A DNA stretch of 64,000 bases from Podarcis filfolensis (lineage: Eukaryota), in the NCBI GenBank assembly GCA_964270895.1, contig OZ185441.1, one strand, 5' to 3'. Both the position numbers and the translations under genes were made by a program. The first letter of the stretch is position 1; each line of letters starts with the position of its first letter. This document shows positions 24,057 through 36,089 of the stretch, in pieces. The notes under the pieces were generated by a model. That model was not told the origin of the DNA. It ran no database searches and saw only the letters and a program-made list of their open reading frames with translations.

Positions 24057-25794
24057 TATCTTATTCTAATTGCCCCTGCTATTTTTTTTTTTTTTGCACT
24101 GTTTGCTATTATTTTGATCTGCACTGTTTGCTATTATCTTGATCTGCTAGTAGCAATGGTTGAGCAACCTGGTATGGATAGTAGTAGAGGGGTAATAACC
24201 TCACTCCCCAAATCTCCAAAATTGGAGTTTGCAAAGAGATTAGACCAGATGTTCCTCCAGGTCCCCTCCAGCTCTACAATTCCACGGTTCTGTGATTCCC
24301 TCTTTCTACTATGACTGGTTTCAGATGCCACACTGTTGGAAGGGCAACAGTAAGTGCAGGTGTCATGCGATTCCTGCCTTCCTGCTTATTTCATCCAAGA
24401 TGTAGCCACCTTAGGAATGGAAAACCTTTTGTGAACGTACCTCCTTGTCTGATTTCCTGCCCCCTCCCTCCCAGCTCTTTACAATCTATTGTGATGGAAC
24501 GAGCCATTTAAAGATACATCCTCATGCCTTCATTCTGTCAGCAGCACTGCTGCCTGTCATAAACACATCTGAAAAAGGAAAGTGCAAAATGGTATCATGT
24601 CCACCATTTTTAATGGCATAAACCCAGGCCTGAAAAAGAGGTGTCCCTTTGCAGGATCGGCTGCTGATTAACACGTCTAGCGATGTTGTGAATGAACGAA
24701 ATCTCGAGAGGTGTCTTGAGGTTAGAGTTAGGGTCACTTCTGCTCTTTGGCTTGGTGACAGCCTATTTCTCCCCCCTATTAATCCTTTCCCTCACTCGCT
24801 GCCAGGGCCTGTGTTATGACTTTTCTGGTACAGGTGCTAACCTTTGCTGTGCCTCAGCCTTGCTTACTTTTGTGAGATCTTGACGTTTGCTAAAGCTGCT
24901 CCTCTGTCTGAACTGTTGTTCCCCAGGAATTCTAAAAGGTGTGTGTGTGTGCTACATTGTGCTATGTAACACACAGTGGCTTGAAAAGAGAGTGTGACTT
25001 ACTTTTTAACTAGTACCATGACCTCTTGGCAACCAGGTAGCCCAAAGCACCTGGAAGCAATTGTGCCTTTTAACATATATAACACTAAGTCCATATAAAA
25101 TAAATCACATTCCAAAATTGTGGATTTTTATGGCTGTTACCTTTATATAACACTTAAGTATGAAATGGAAAATTGTAATCGGGGCTCCGTAAGATTCGGA
25201 GATTGAAAGGGGCCTTCAGGGTCATTATTATCATCATCACCACCACCTCCGCTTTGATCATGAGCAGCCAAAGCCTTTATAATTAATCCTAAAACCAGAA
25301 TGCATGTAAGCATAATAAAACTTCAGGAAAAGAAAATTCCAACTAGGCAACAAATAGTGGCTTGGGCAACCAAGTCAGATGGGTGGGGTATAAATAATAA
25401 CAACATTATTATTATTAACAAATAGCAAAGGTAGAAATGAAATAGAAAGGTAGAAAATTGTAGAAATGGGCTGAACCAGGAAGGCTGAATTTTGCTAAAT
25501 TTTGTGTCCCTCGAAAAACAGCCTCGATCGTTGGCTTTTTCTTTCCTCAGGGTGGCATTCGGCATAAAAATGCTTGCAGAATGATTTCAAGTTTTTTATT
25601 TTATTTAAATCTAAGCATTTCTGTACGCTAGTGTGCAGCACTGGGGCTTTAAAAGTTTTATTGTGCCTTAGCACATAGCAACAGGCTTATAAAGGCTTTT
25701 AATTCTGAAATTGTTGCTCAAAGTCAGGCATTTATGCAGATCAGCTCACATCAGCCAGACTGAGAGAGAGGTGTGAGCAATGTTCTTGCAATTA

Positions 25795-26048
25795 CAGTCA
25801 TACCTTGGGATAAATACGCTTCAGGATAAGTATTTTCGGGTTGCGCTCCACGGCAACCTGGAAGTAATGGAACGTGTTACTTCCGGGTTTCGGCGCTTGC
25901 GCAGGCAGTCAAAATGACGTCATGCGCATATGCGGAAGCGGCGAAACGCGACTCGTGCATGCACAGATGCGCAGTCGCATCTTACGTTCTGTTCAGGATG
26001 TGAACGGGGCTCCAGAACGGATCCCGATCGCATCCCGAGGTACCACTG
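25795..26048. mobile_element. Second Tigger-like MITE family with CpG-rich core
   Basis: TA-CAGTCATACCTTGGG...CCCGAGGTACCACTG-TA; the internal sequence is unrelated to copies 1-6. Confidence 0.82.
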
Positions 26049-27019
26049 TAAAACAAAAATGGTACAGAGGCAGTGGCAAATCTGGTGCAGAAATGGTGAA
26101 AGTGTGTATGTTTTTTGTTTTTTGTTAGACTATTCCACAGCCTTTGAAATGGAAACTTTGGCATAAAAAGCTGAATATCAAGAAAATTGAGTGCAGCATT
26201 ATTTCATAGTAAATTGTGGCTGTAACAGCCTGCATGTATTTTAGTTGCAGCAGTTGCAACTCCAGTTGTTTTTTTTTATGGTTGTCTTATTCACAACACA
26301 TGGCATGTCCATAGAAGGCAGTCTGATCTGTAACTGGCTCTAAAAATTCTCTGCTCAAAATCTGATCTAAAGGGTGTGAGAGCAGCATTGCCCATCTTTT
26401 AATGGATACCCTTCACCTGAAAGGGAAAGACCACTGCTTTCCCAGGGCACTGACTTGAGTGTGCAGTATGTTCATGGATGTCTGCATGAATAAGGCCTAT
26501 CCCATGAATAAGTCCAGTGCTGAGGAAAGTTCTGCACATGTAAACAAACAAGCCAAAAATGTTTTGCTGTATCATTACTGTATTAAGAGGTGACTGCTGC
26601 ATTTATCTCTAGACAGGAACCAGCCTGTTGTTAAACTGTAGCCAGATGTAATTTAGTTGTGGTAATGGAGAATCAATTGTAGCCTACCTCTAGCATAATG
26701 TGGGTACAAATGGTAGCATTGTTTGGCTAAATTTAATTTCACCTAAACAATCTAATTTTTGAAGGCAAACATCTTCAGAAAGGTAATCAACATACAAGCC
26801 TTGTTAAGGATTACTAGAAGACCTTCTGATAGCATCCTGTTGACCCAATCTTCTCATAGCGAACTATATTATCCCATTTCACCAATGGAAACTTTTAATT
26901 GAGTATTTGATATCGGTCTGTTGAACTAACTGTGGCTCCTCTGTCCTAACCCTGGACAGACTCTACTACCAGCCCTAGAAGGAGAGAGAATACAATGAGG
27001 ATTCTCATTGGTCTGATGC

Positions 27020-27330
27020 CCTATTTCATTTTATCTCAGTTTCTCATTTTCCCCGGTTCAGCTTGCCACATTTCGCCATCAGTTTGCATTTTTTAAAAAG
27101 TACTTACGGATAGTCATCCTTTGTGTACACACTATGCACATTTTGCAAGCAATTTCCCCAAACGTTGTGCATTTTATATGTTAATTTCACTAATATATGC
27201 ATTTTATGCCCACTTTCCTGTAATATATTCATTTCCCACATGAACATGCTTAAAAAAACTGAATTGCAAAATTCAGAAAACGATGGCTACGCTTCTGTTC
27301 ATATATTGTTTTGGGAACACAACTTAGGTA
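27020..27330 (+). mobile_element. Old AT-rich dispersed repeat (same family as 62468-62856)
   Basis: TCTCAGTTTCTCATTTT...TTTTGCAAGCAATTTCCCC...TGCATTTTAT blocks. Confidence 0.5.
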
Positions 27331-28414
27331 GCTTTTCACCCACCAACCCCACCCTATGTGTGTTTTTTTCCCATTTGAACGAGTATAACAAGACATGAAT
27401 ATGAAAAAAGTTATATCTACTGTATATCAGAGCCAGTAATCAGCTGAAATCAGCTGAGAGCTTCTTTTATTTCCTGTTGCACTCCAGCTCAGAGAAATGT
27501 ATCATCCACATGTGAGAAGTTATTATTTTTGTGGATGCAATGAGCACTGAAATGGTCAGAAAGAAAGGTCTGTGGTGGATCTTTCCACATGGGAGGGGCA
27601 TAAAGTAAGCAAGGAACCCCTTCATTTGGTAGGGCTGTCCAGCTGCCCCTGCAAAAGCCATTTCTGGCAGGGATAAGTCATGCTCTCTTGCCTCTAAGCA
27701 TCCCTGGGAGCACAGAGCTGTGTGAAGGCGCTAGCCCTGCCCAGAGGGGATGAGTGAATGGTTGGCTGAGCAGAGGAGAGCTAAAGCAACAGCCTTTAAA
27801 AATGTATAGTGCAGATAGGGCCTACATTCTATTCGGATTAGAACCACCGAAATGAATGAACTTAAATTATCCATTAATTTTAATGGGTCTAATCTGAGTA
27901 GGATTGGATACAACCTACTGGGAGGGTAAGTCTTGTCTTCTCCTCAAATTAACCCTTGAAGGTAGGGGGGAAATTGTGGGATAAATATTTGTGGGGCTGG
28001 CACATTTTAAAAGCCAAACAATGCAACAAAAAAATGATGCAGACACATATGTAATAGCAATTATAATTTATGTGGCTTTGCGGTGGACTGTACCCTAAAA
28101 GCTGAGACAGGTAGCCAAAGCAAACTGCCATATTCCATATATATATATGGATGGATAGATAGATAGATAATAATGTTGATGAACTTTCCCCATACTTTGC
28201 CTCGCATGCAGCACACCCCAATCTATGTTTACTCAGAAGCAGGGGTCCCACTGAGTTAATCTGGACTTAGTCTAGTACTAAGTAAAGGTGCATAGCATAC
28301 CAGCCACCAAATCCCTTATTGGTGTAAAGATTGCCTTGAACTAGAACATATAATGCATAGTTGATCTGTGCATAATTTAAATGAAAACATTCATATAAAC
28401 CTTTGCCTAAAACT

Positions 28415-28593
28415 NNNNNNNNNNNNNNNNNNNNNNNNNNNNNNNNNNNNNNNNNNNNNNNNNNNNNNNNNNNNNNNNNNNNNNNNNNNNNNNNNNNNNN
28501 NNNNNNNNNNNNNNNNNNNNNNNNNNNNNNNNNNNNNNNNNNNNNNNNNNNNNNNNNNNNNNNNNNNNNNNNNNNNNNNNNNNNNNNNNNNNN
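28415..28593. other. Assembly gap (N run)
   Basis: 179 N. Confidence 0.99.
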
Positions 28594-29006
28594 GACATCA
28601 GGCATTTTCATCTTGTAATAAAATAGTTTAGAGCAAGAAAACACTTGATGCAGCACTTGTATATACAGGAGTGTGCCAGAAGCTACAACAGGTAGTATGA
28701 TTGTTATGGAAGGTTTAGGAAACCTGAAAGTGTATTATTAGTCCCCAAAAGGGGGGGGGAGCAGAAAAAGGCTTCTCCCCCACCCTTCCTTTTTCCTTTT
28801 TTCCAGTTCATGAAAGCAAGGGGCCTCCGAGGCCCTTCTCCTGAGGAATTCAAGTGCATATCTGTGGTGGGAAAGTGGATGTAAGAAAAATGCCAAGGGT
28901 ACGGAGAGAGAATGGGGGGAAAGCCATATATTTCAAGAAAGAATATTGTTTACAAGGAGTGTTAATAGGTTTCAGGGGAAATGTTAATTTTTTTTTTCCT
29001 AGGCTG

Positions 29007-29226
29007 NNNNNNNNNNNNNNNNNNNNNNNNNNNNNNNNNNNNNNNNNNNNNNNNNNNNNNNNNNNNNNNNNNNNNNNNNNNNNNNNNNNNNNNNNNNNNN
29101 NNNNNNNNNNNNNNNNNNNNNNNNNNNNNNNNNNNNNNNNNNNNNNNNNNNNNNNNNNNNNNNNNNNNNNNNNNNNNNNNNNNNNNNNNNNNNNNNNNNN
29201 NNNNNNNNNNNNNNNNNNNNNNNNNN
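29007..29226. other. Assembly gap (N run)
   Basis: 220 N. Confidence 0.99.
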
Positions 29227-30404
29227 CAACAGAAACTTTTGTGTCTGAAGAAAACTAGACCATTTTATCATGGTAGGCATGCTGATATGTTTTCTTTAAT
29301 AAAATGCCATATTTCTGCCTTTAATCTCTTGTCAACCAGCTATTAAAAACCCAAAGTGTATGCGTGCCGCACATGTAAACACTTTGTGGTTTACTGAAGT
29401 AGCCACAGAACACACCAATAAAGCCTGCAATTTGTGTTTGGTGAGCTGGGCTGTAATAATTTTCTTGAGTAATGGAAAGAAATAAGAATCTTTTCCTTCT
29501 CCCCTTTCCCACCCACCCCTCGCTTCAAACCAGAAACCCTATTTTATTTAATTCAGTGACCCGTGCAATTAAATGGAAAGGCGCACGGAATGTGCACCTT
29601 ATGAAAACCTTTCATGAGCTATAAAACAATGACCTTAAGAAATACCGCTTATTTACAGATAGTAACAGAGAACTGCCAGTTACAAAACTAGTGTCATGAG
29701 GTAATTATTTATGAAAACTGGTCCTCAGAGGCTCCCTTGTTTCCACACTAGGCTTCTGTGTGTCTATGAATTCTGCTTATTCATCTCTAAATATATATAT
29801 ATTTATTTAATCCCCCTTGGGTGATACCTTGCCCAACTGAGTTTAATGGCAAGATTAACACTGATTTTAGTGAGTTCAAGCTTTTCCTCAACCAATTGTT
29901 TGCTGTCGGTTGAAGATGAGCTTGGAGATCATACCTGCCAAAAGAGCATGTAGATAACATTTCTTATGACTAACAGAGCGGGGAATCTCTTCTTTGTTTG
30001 GAGAGGCAGAGGGTTTGGCGGAGGCTTAAAAATAAAACTGGCAACAGTTAGCCTTGAGGGCACAGGCAGTCCACAGGGAGCTATCTAGTGGCCTGGGCTG
30101 AGACCTTGCCTGCTCCACGATGACCTTCTCTGAGCTTGTTAACCATCTACACCTGACTTAGCTGGATTGGCCAGGTTTATCCTGAATTTTGATTAGGCAG
30201 CCTATCAGTTTTGTGGTTACAGCTTGCCCTTTCACCTGTCTAACAGGCCATATCCCTGCTGTTGCTGTGCAGTCTCCACGTGGGTTTCTGCTTACGTTGC
30301 CTCTTCCACGATATTGCTCCTGTTGGATTCTAACTTTGCCTTACTTTGTAAGTTCTGGTTCATGCATATGGGGTTTTAAGTAGTGATTCTTTTCATGGCC
30401 CACT

Positions 30405-30540
30405 ATATAGGAAGCTGCCTTATACTGAGTTAAAGTATTAGTCCATGTAGCTCAGTATTGTCTACACTGATGAGCAGCTGCTCCCCTGGAATTCAGACAG
30501 GAACCAGTTTCTGATCTGCTTGGAGATGCCAAAGGCTAAA
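30405..30540 (-). mobile_element. Squam-like SINE body fragment
   Basis: AGCTCAGTATTGTCTACACTGA and flanks are the reverse complement of the SINE body at 3844-4033. Confidence 0.55.
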
Positions 30541-31414
30541 TGGGACATTTTGTGTGTAATGGATGGGCAATTCTGCTGGGCTGTGGCAGAACTTTCTTTC
30601 AATATTTCCTTTTTTGTGTGTGTGGTGGCCGCCATTTCTATCCACAATGCCCCAGACCAATGTTAGGCCCGGGGTGTTATGGAGGATGCAAAATGGCAGT
30701 CAGGCTGCCACCAGAATGGTCTCTGCTGCCTCTTTCAGCAACAACAACACAACAACAATGGAAAAAAGAAAGACGATGTTGTACTGAATGGTGAGCCCTG
30801 CCCTATAGAAAATATTAGAGAATGTCTCATCCTGGAAAAAATATGGCAAAATTGACTTTCCAAATTTTTCTGCCCACCAGTAGGGTGAAGGATATGGAGA
30901 GGCCATTTGCTCAGAGCTAGTGTTAAAAGCGGAAGAACTGGGGCTGTTAAAAACGAAACAAAACCGGCTGATGGCCCTGTAATTCTGTAACTTCGTTTTG
31001 TTCTTATTTCTCCATTCTTGTACCCTGCTGTGTTTGTGTTCCTTAAGGAAGTGAAGTTGCCAGTTCTGTTTGTGGGAGAATCCCTGGAGCCCTTAAATGA
31101 GTAGAATTTCCAATTTTACAGAGAGAAAAAACCCTAGTAAATAGATGTTGCCTTTTTAGAGCCTGAAGATGCTGTTAGCACACACATCCTTTCTCCTCAA
31201 TGGTTCCTTAAATCACAGTCTCCTCCTGGGAAAACCTTCCTTGTCTATGTTCCTGAAAAAACTTGTACCCTATCAAGATTCGGCTGAAAGCTTAGGGCTG
31301 CCAACTCTTTTACTGACCCATCTCCTTTGCCTTAAAAGCAGCTTGATTATCAGACATGTAACAGGCGGAACATTTCTAGGCTGGGAGATAGAGTGATAGG
31401 TGAAGCTTCACCAA

Positions 31415-31650
31415 GTACATTTTTGTTAAGAACTTAATTCGTTCTGGAGGTCTGTTCTTAATCTGAAACTGTTCTTAACCTGAAGACCACTTTAGCTAAT
31501 GGGGCCTCCTGTTGCCGCTGTGCCGCCGGAGCACGATTTCTGTTCTCATCCTGAAGCAAAGTTCTTAACCCGAGATACTATTTTGGGTTAGCGGAGTCTG
31601 TAACCTGAAGCGTATGTAACCTGAAGTGTATGTAACCTGAGGTACCACTG
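31415..31650 (+). mobile_element. Tigger-like MITE, copy 4 (left TIR decayed)
   Basis: Internal sequence matches copies 1-3; right end GAGGTACCACTG-TA. Confidence 0.85.
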
Positions 31651-32273
31651 TATGTTTTTATGCTTTAATTGCTCTAAGGTGCTTTGATATATTTTTATGG
31701 TATAGCAGCACACAAATATTTATTTATAAATAAAGGAATTAGTGATAATAATATATAACCAGGGAAGGCAACAATCCCTCAGGAGTAATCTTTCTGGTTT
31801 CACATACCAAAGCTTGGTGAAACCAGAGCTGTTTATGGGATGCAGCTAACGACAACATCATGGCGCATAAACTTACCCAGAATAAAGACTAGGCCCCCGG
31901 GGCAATCTTAAAATGAATCATATTTCTTTGTATTTACTTTACATTGATGGATAATACTACCTTTTGGTCTTGGGATTTATGGTGGTGATGAGGAAAAACA
32001 TGTATCAAGTTGAGACTAAAGATGGATTCTGAGTAAATGTTGGCATCAGTCTGTCTCAAAAGAAAATGGAGTGTGCCTCCAGGGATGAAGTCAAACCACT
32101 TGTGTTAGCAGCACTGAAGTGATCTACCCAGGGCACAAGCCTGGTTAGTGTGTATGGAAGTCCTGGGCTGCCTAGACAACAAGACCCCACTGTTAGTCTT
32201 GCCGATGTGGTCCAAAGGAAAGCAGAGCAATATGTTTGGCACCAGCTGCAGAAGTTGTTGGAAGGAGGTGTGC

Positions 32274-32854
32274 TGTTCTGGTCCCGGGGGGGGGGGGTTA
32301 CCGTGCGGCGTGGTCCATGTCCGGTCCGAGGCTGAAGCGGGGTCCAAGGCAGGGAGTCGGGCGTGGTCAGGAACTCTGGCAGAAGAGCAGGACAGGGTGC
32401 CGGCAGGAACAGGTAACCAACGATGTTGCTCCCGCAACCTGAGACTGGGCGGGCTGGCCTTTATCTCCTCTGAGGCATAGGGTGGCCCCGGTCCACAGGT
32501 GACTCGCCTCTCCTGGCCTGGAGGCGAGCAATCCTCCTGCGAGAACTTAGTTCCCTCCGCCTCTCTGCCCTGAGCCTCTGCAACTCAGGAGAGGCTGGAG
32601 GGTTACTGGACCCAGAGGCAACCTCACCTTCCCCTGACAGGGCTGGGAGAGGAGCACCTGCAGGCAATGGGTCCTCGATCACCTCCGGAGCCAGAACAGA
32701 TTCAGCTGGTGTCTGCTCCTGAGGATCCGGCACAGGTGAAGGCCCTTCAGGTTCAAGCTCCAGCCCCTGCTCAGCCGGCCCTGGAGGCGGGGACTGCTCT
32801 GCGGGCTGGGATTCCTCAGGTTCAGCCTCTGAATCAGATTCCCTGGCCATCACA
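32274..32854 (-). mobile_element. Solo LTR (family C, 581 bp), probably Gypsy-type
   Basis: Minus-strand termini TGTGATGG...CAGAACA; 5-bp TSD TGTGC/TGTAC (one mismatch); colinear with the second copy at 56314-56922. Confidence 0.88.
32461..32853 (-). CDS. Putative LTR (U3)-encoded 130-codon acidic/Pro-rich protein with basic C-terminus
   Basis: Frame opens at LTR nucleotide 2 (GTG ATG) and ends at a TAA overlapping the TATA-like GATAAA. 101/130 codons give identical residues to the copy at 56315-56707, with no indels. Expression is not demonstrated. Confidence 0.3.
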   Translation of the reverse strand: MMARESDSEAEPEESQPAEQSPPPGPAEQGLELEPEGPSPVPDPQEQTPAESVLAPEVIEDPLPAGAPLPALSGEGEVASGSSNPPASPELQRLRAERRRELSSRRRIARLQARRGESPVDRGHPMPQRR

Positions 32855-33459
32855 TGTACAAGGTGCCATCCAACCGTCTTAGGAACTTACCCTAGGAACT
32901 TTACTCCTTAGCCCTTTCTTCTCCCAAAGACGTCCTACAAGGCAACGGAGGTTCAAGATCAGAGTTTTCCTTCTGGATGAGCTACCTTCCCAGGTTGACG
33001 AGCTCCATCTGCCCCTCACTTCCGTCTACAGCTTGTGAAGTAGCTGCCTTCTTGACCAGTGGACCCACTATTGGTCTCGTCCACTGGAGCCTGTCTTCAC
33101 GTGCAGGGGAAGTCCCTAACTCACTGAGGGTTTGAGACCCATCAGCTGCCCTCACCTGCTTTAGCTGGCCAGCCAAAGCTGTTCCAGGGATGTGGCAACT
33201 ATTGTATGCTGACAGCTTCTACGAGCCACAGGTGAGAGCTGAGTGCAGGGTGGGGACCAAAGGTGGACAAACTACCTCAGAAGGATGTCCACCACCAGAG
33301 GGACTACCCCTCTCCTAACTCCCTCCCCCCGAATAAATGTGCATTTGATAATTATGGACTGCAAGGAGGCAAGGCTGGTGAAAGAGCTCTGGCAGCTCTG
33401 TTGCCTCACCATCACCCCTCATCTTCCTTTGCGTCTACCACTGCTGACCCCCACTTGTT

Positions 33460-33934
33460 GTTGAGCTTTTTTGGGGGGGGGCACGCAACTGTCTCCCATG
33501 CTGCTGCTGCAGGTGGAGGGAGGAGAGCAATCCCCACAGAGGCTTGGGAGGGAAGCTGCGTGCCCTCCAGCCATATGGGTGGCAGGTGCATAAGTCTCTC
33601 CCATGCTACTGTGGGAGGAGAGCTTTTCCCGCAGAGGCTTGGGAGGGAAGCTGTGTGCCTTGGATGAGCAGCATGCATGTGCTGGCTGGGCCTCTCAATG
33701 GCCTGCCAATTCCAGGTGCACAGGAGGGCGGAGCCAGCCAGCTGCCTCAGCGCCTGCAGCAAAAAGCCTGCGGTGCTCTGACAGGCTCTGCTCCGCTCAG
33801 GAGCGGCTGTCAGCTGGCCTGGCTCTTCAATCCCCGGACTCCAAATCTTGGCCCCAGACTTTCGGCCTGGCGCCCCTGAGAGCCCGGCACCCGGGTGCCC
33901 TGCACCCCTAGCGCCTATGGGTAAGCCGGCCCTG
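33460..33934. mobile_element. GC-rich hAT-like non-autonomous element, one end only
   Basis: Right terminus GGGTAAGCCGGCCCTG; internal repeat AGAGGCTTGGGAGGGAAGCTG(C/T)GTGCC occurs twice; left terminus not found. Confidence 0.45.
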
Positions 33935-35017
33935 ACTCTGCAAGAACTTGCAATATTGTTTTCCTTGCAGCGTTTAAAGAGCTAGGCTGATTTGTGTCCC
34001 CAGCCTTCAAAACAGAACAGGTTTGTTTTCATAGATATCAACATTGGGGAAGCGCATGAATTTGAAAATGGAGTAGAAAGAGAAAGTCGTTGTGCTGTTA
34101 AATGTGACCTTGGAAATGTGCATATCAATTAAGAAGCATCTGCCAAGAAGTTATGTTACAAACAGGAATCTCAAGCGCTTGCAATAAAGCCGTTCGCTCT
34201 CCTCCCCACCCCCTCTTTCTGAACTTGATGGCTGGGTGCCCATGTGAATGCATTATCTCTACCAAAAATGTGTGTGGTTTTTAATCTCTTATCGGATTTA
34301 GCAAAATGAAATTAGTCCAGAGTGAAATACCCTAGGAAGGAAATCAACTTGAAAAATCAATCAGCCTGCTATCAAGCGAAGTGCAAAGGTCAGGGGCGGG
34401 GAGAGGTACAGATACTAATCCCAGTGAGCAAAATTGTGCTTGTGGTAGGAATACTCTGAGTAGGTTTCCCTCAGTTCACGCAGTCTGTGGCTCAGCAGCC
34501 CAGGAAGATGAGCCATAGGAGCTACGTGAGACAACTTTCACCTTCTTCTTTAATACTTACATGCCAGAGCCTGCATCTGGCTATAGGTTTTGGCCTGTTT
34601 GTGGAGCCAAAAAAAATACAGAGCTGCCTATCTACATTTAGAGCGGTTATAATAACTGTCTTAGCCTAAGATGAAATCACCTACTGTACCATAAATTCAC
34701 TGAAGCCCATTTTGTGCATGATACTGCAGCAAATGCCGGATCTCACTGAGTGTTAAGGGAGCCACACAATCTAAGTGCAAGTGAACTTGCATGATACACC
34801 AATGCATTTGTCACATTTACACTTTGCATGTTAGGTGTACACATAAAGCATTGTAGCTGGGGGGGGGGAGGAGAGATTTGTAAAGTATACTTTGGTAGGC
34901 CTTGTGCAAATCAATCATAAAACGGGCATAATATTGAGGATGAATGAGTCCTTAGTCACTGGAAAAGTGTGGCCTAAACATTTATTTTAAAATCCCCCTT
35001 ACCAATATCATTAAGTA

Positions 35018-35363
35018 CAGGAGTGCTGACTTGGGCCCCAGATCATGGGTGCCCAGTGGCACCGACATAATGTGACATCATGACGTTATGTTATGTCACC
35101 CCCAGAAGTGGCATCGGAGGCCCTGCGAGGCCTAGGATGACACTTCCAAGGCCTCCAAGGTCCCGGAGACAGCATCTGAAGCCTCGCAGAGCCTTTAAAC
35201 TGGCGTTCTGGGCCCCACACGACCTCCAACGTTACTTCCAGTTCCTTGCAAGGTACGAGACCCGGAAGTCATGTCCAAGGTCCGCAGAGGGGGTGCTGAG
35301 CACCCACAACAAAATTTTTGTGGGTGCCCGGGCACCTAGGAGCCCCCGGAGTTGGCATCATTG
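35018..35363. mobile_element. hAT-type MITE
   Basis: Termini CAGGAGTGCTGACT...AGTTGGCATCATTG; perfect 8-bp TSD ATTAAGTA (35010-35017, 35364-35371). Confidence 0.85.
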
Positions 35364-36089
35364 ATTAAGTATCAAAATTAATACATCCCCAAGAACAGTG
35401 TTGAGCAGAAACCTTGATATGCTTATGGATGCTATGGTATGATACATTTTCATCTTGTGCATCTCAGTTCTTCCATGACCATGTTACTGTTCATCACTTT
35501 CTGTACATATAGGTTATTATCAATGCTATATTTATATTTTTGTGTGATGTATTTGATGTAATGCACAAATCTAAGTAGCTTATTAGGAGACAGGGCCAAT
35601 GCATCTTGCAGGAGTGGAGAAGCTTTTTCCCCTCCTCCTGACAAACACCATATTCCTATGAGATGATCTGTTAGGGGCTACAGGCCAGCGGTGGGAAATA
35701 CCAGAAGCAAAAGTGGGTGGAATTTGCAGGGTTGAATAGCTTTCCCCATCTCTTTTTCGCTGCCTCTTGCATGGAAAAGAAGAAGCAGTTACAAACAAGA
35801 GTGGATCTACAATCCCGGAGGGGTGCATAGAAATATATTGGGAGTCCCATGTGGCCTCCTAGCCACAAGTCCTACACTATGGACACCATTGATGTAGAAG
35901 CTGACAAGTGAAGGGAAGTTCATGACCATGATGTCCCACACTGCTGAGGAACCGCTGGGCAGTTTTGAGAAGATGAGTTCTTCTCCAGGATTTTGCTACC
36001 ATTATCCAAGCTGCTACCCATAACTGCAATACCAAAAGTCTTCCTTTGTGTGCTAGCCAATATGACCTAGTAACATTGAAACTTGAATT

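Larger units (their letters stand above)
32038..33310 (-). mobile_element. Unclassified retroposon-like dispersed repeat hosting a solo LTR
   Basis: Moderately GC-rich non-coding sequence that rejoins across the LTR (minus strand CCTTGTACA|CCTCCTTCC) and ends GATGCCAACA on the minus strand; GGAGTAAA motif recurs near 42431. Assignment to a LINE-derived non-autonomous element is inference. Confidence 0.35.
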
